Source of the DNA: Octopus sinensis
Taxonomy: Eukaryota
Assembly (NCBI RefSeq): GCF_006345805.1
Contig: NC_042997.1
Span: 196,602,001-196,666,000, forward strand
Length of the DNA: 64,000 bases
Direction of reading: 5' to 3'
Within the stretch, counting starts at the first letter, position 1, and each line of letters begins with the position of its first letter. The notes under the pieces are model-generated. The model ran no database searches, was not told the DNA's origin, and saw only the letters and a list, made by a program, of their open reading frames with translations. Below are positions 63,241-64,000 of this stretch, piece after piece. Position numbers and translations under genes: made by a program.

Positions 63241-63909
63241 AAATGTTCTCATTTTCCAAACCTTGTTTCAGATATATATTGATGAATATGATAAGTAATT
63301 AATGAATTAACCTATATCCATCAGATCTCACACATGTATATGCACATACATATATATATTTATATATGTGTCTGTATATATAGTGGTTATGAATATGCTT
63401 ATACTTCATTCTAACTCTGTATTTGTTATCCCTCCGTAATTTATATACATTTCATACTTCATCTATCTAACTTCGTTTCTATCTATCTATCTTTCTATGC
63501 ATGCGTGCGTGCGCGTGTATAGTCGTGTGTTGCATATGTACATTTGTTTCAATATTTATTTATTTCAGTATTTATCTATTTATTTATTTATGCATATGCA
63601 ATAGTGTACATCTTCTCAAGTAGTATGTCGAGGATCTGCAGAGCGTCAATAGTTTCTGCTGCAAAATTCAATAAAGACCTGCTTATAAAAACATGAAGTT
63701 TGAATGTATAAAAGTAGTTTGACAGCCGAATTCATACACTGAATTTAAAATAACTAATGAGGAATGTATATATGCATGGTTCTACCCGCACAAACACATG
63801 CAAACGTCCAGGTCGGTCGTAATCACGCACAGTTTTACTTGCACTGACAAAGGCACGCTCACAAACAAGCGGACACACACATATACATAGACAGTATAAT
63901 CTTTTCTGT

Positions 63910-64000
63910 GGACTCGCAATGGCCCAGTGGTTAGGTCGTGGGAACGCGGTTTCGATTCCCAGACCGGGTGTTATAAGTATTTATTGAGCGAAAACACCTA
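63910..64000 (+). mobile_element. SINE family D head, runs off the window
   Basis: gcaatggcccagtggttagg..ggtttcgattcccagaccggg..ttattgagcgaaaacaccta. Confidence 0.85.

Overview
AT-rich animal genomic DNA that is almost entirely repeats and very rich in microsatellites. The SINE/LINE repertoire points to an octopus or other coleoid cephalopod (inference). No host protein-coding gene could be identified; only weak candidate exons were seen. The flanks (1-27.4 kb and 48.7-64 kb) are dense in modular tRNA-derived SINEs. The centre (27.4-48.7 kb) is a nearly SINE-free pile of nested non-LTR retrotransposons: about 10 CR1/L2-group fragments plus RTE, a HERO-like RLE element and Penelope-like pieces. 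R4/Dong-type elements sit in (TAA)n tracts, and CR1-group copies sit in (TA)n tracts. The most interesting signal is a set of short (~200-400 bp) non-coding Penelope-like terminal units, several arranged as fold-backs with a shared one-sided tail. They carry minimal hammerhead ribozyme folds whose core 3-8 base pair co-varies (C-G, G-C, U-A). All folds, alignments and family names were read by eye and need computational confirmation.
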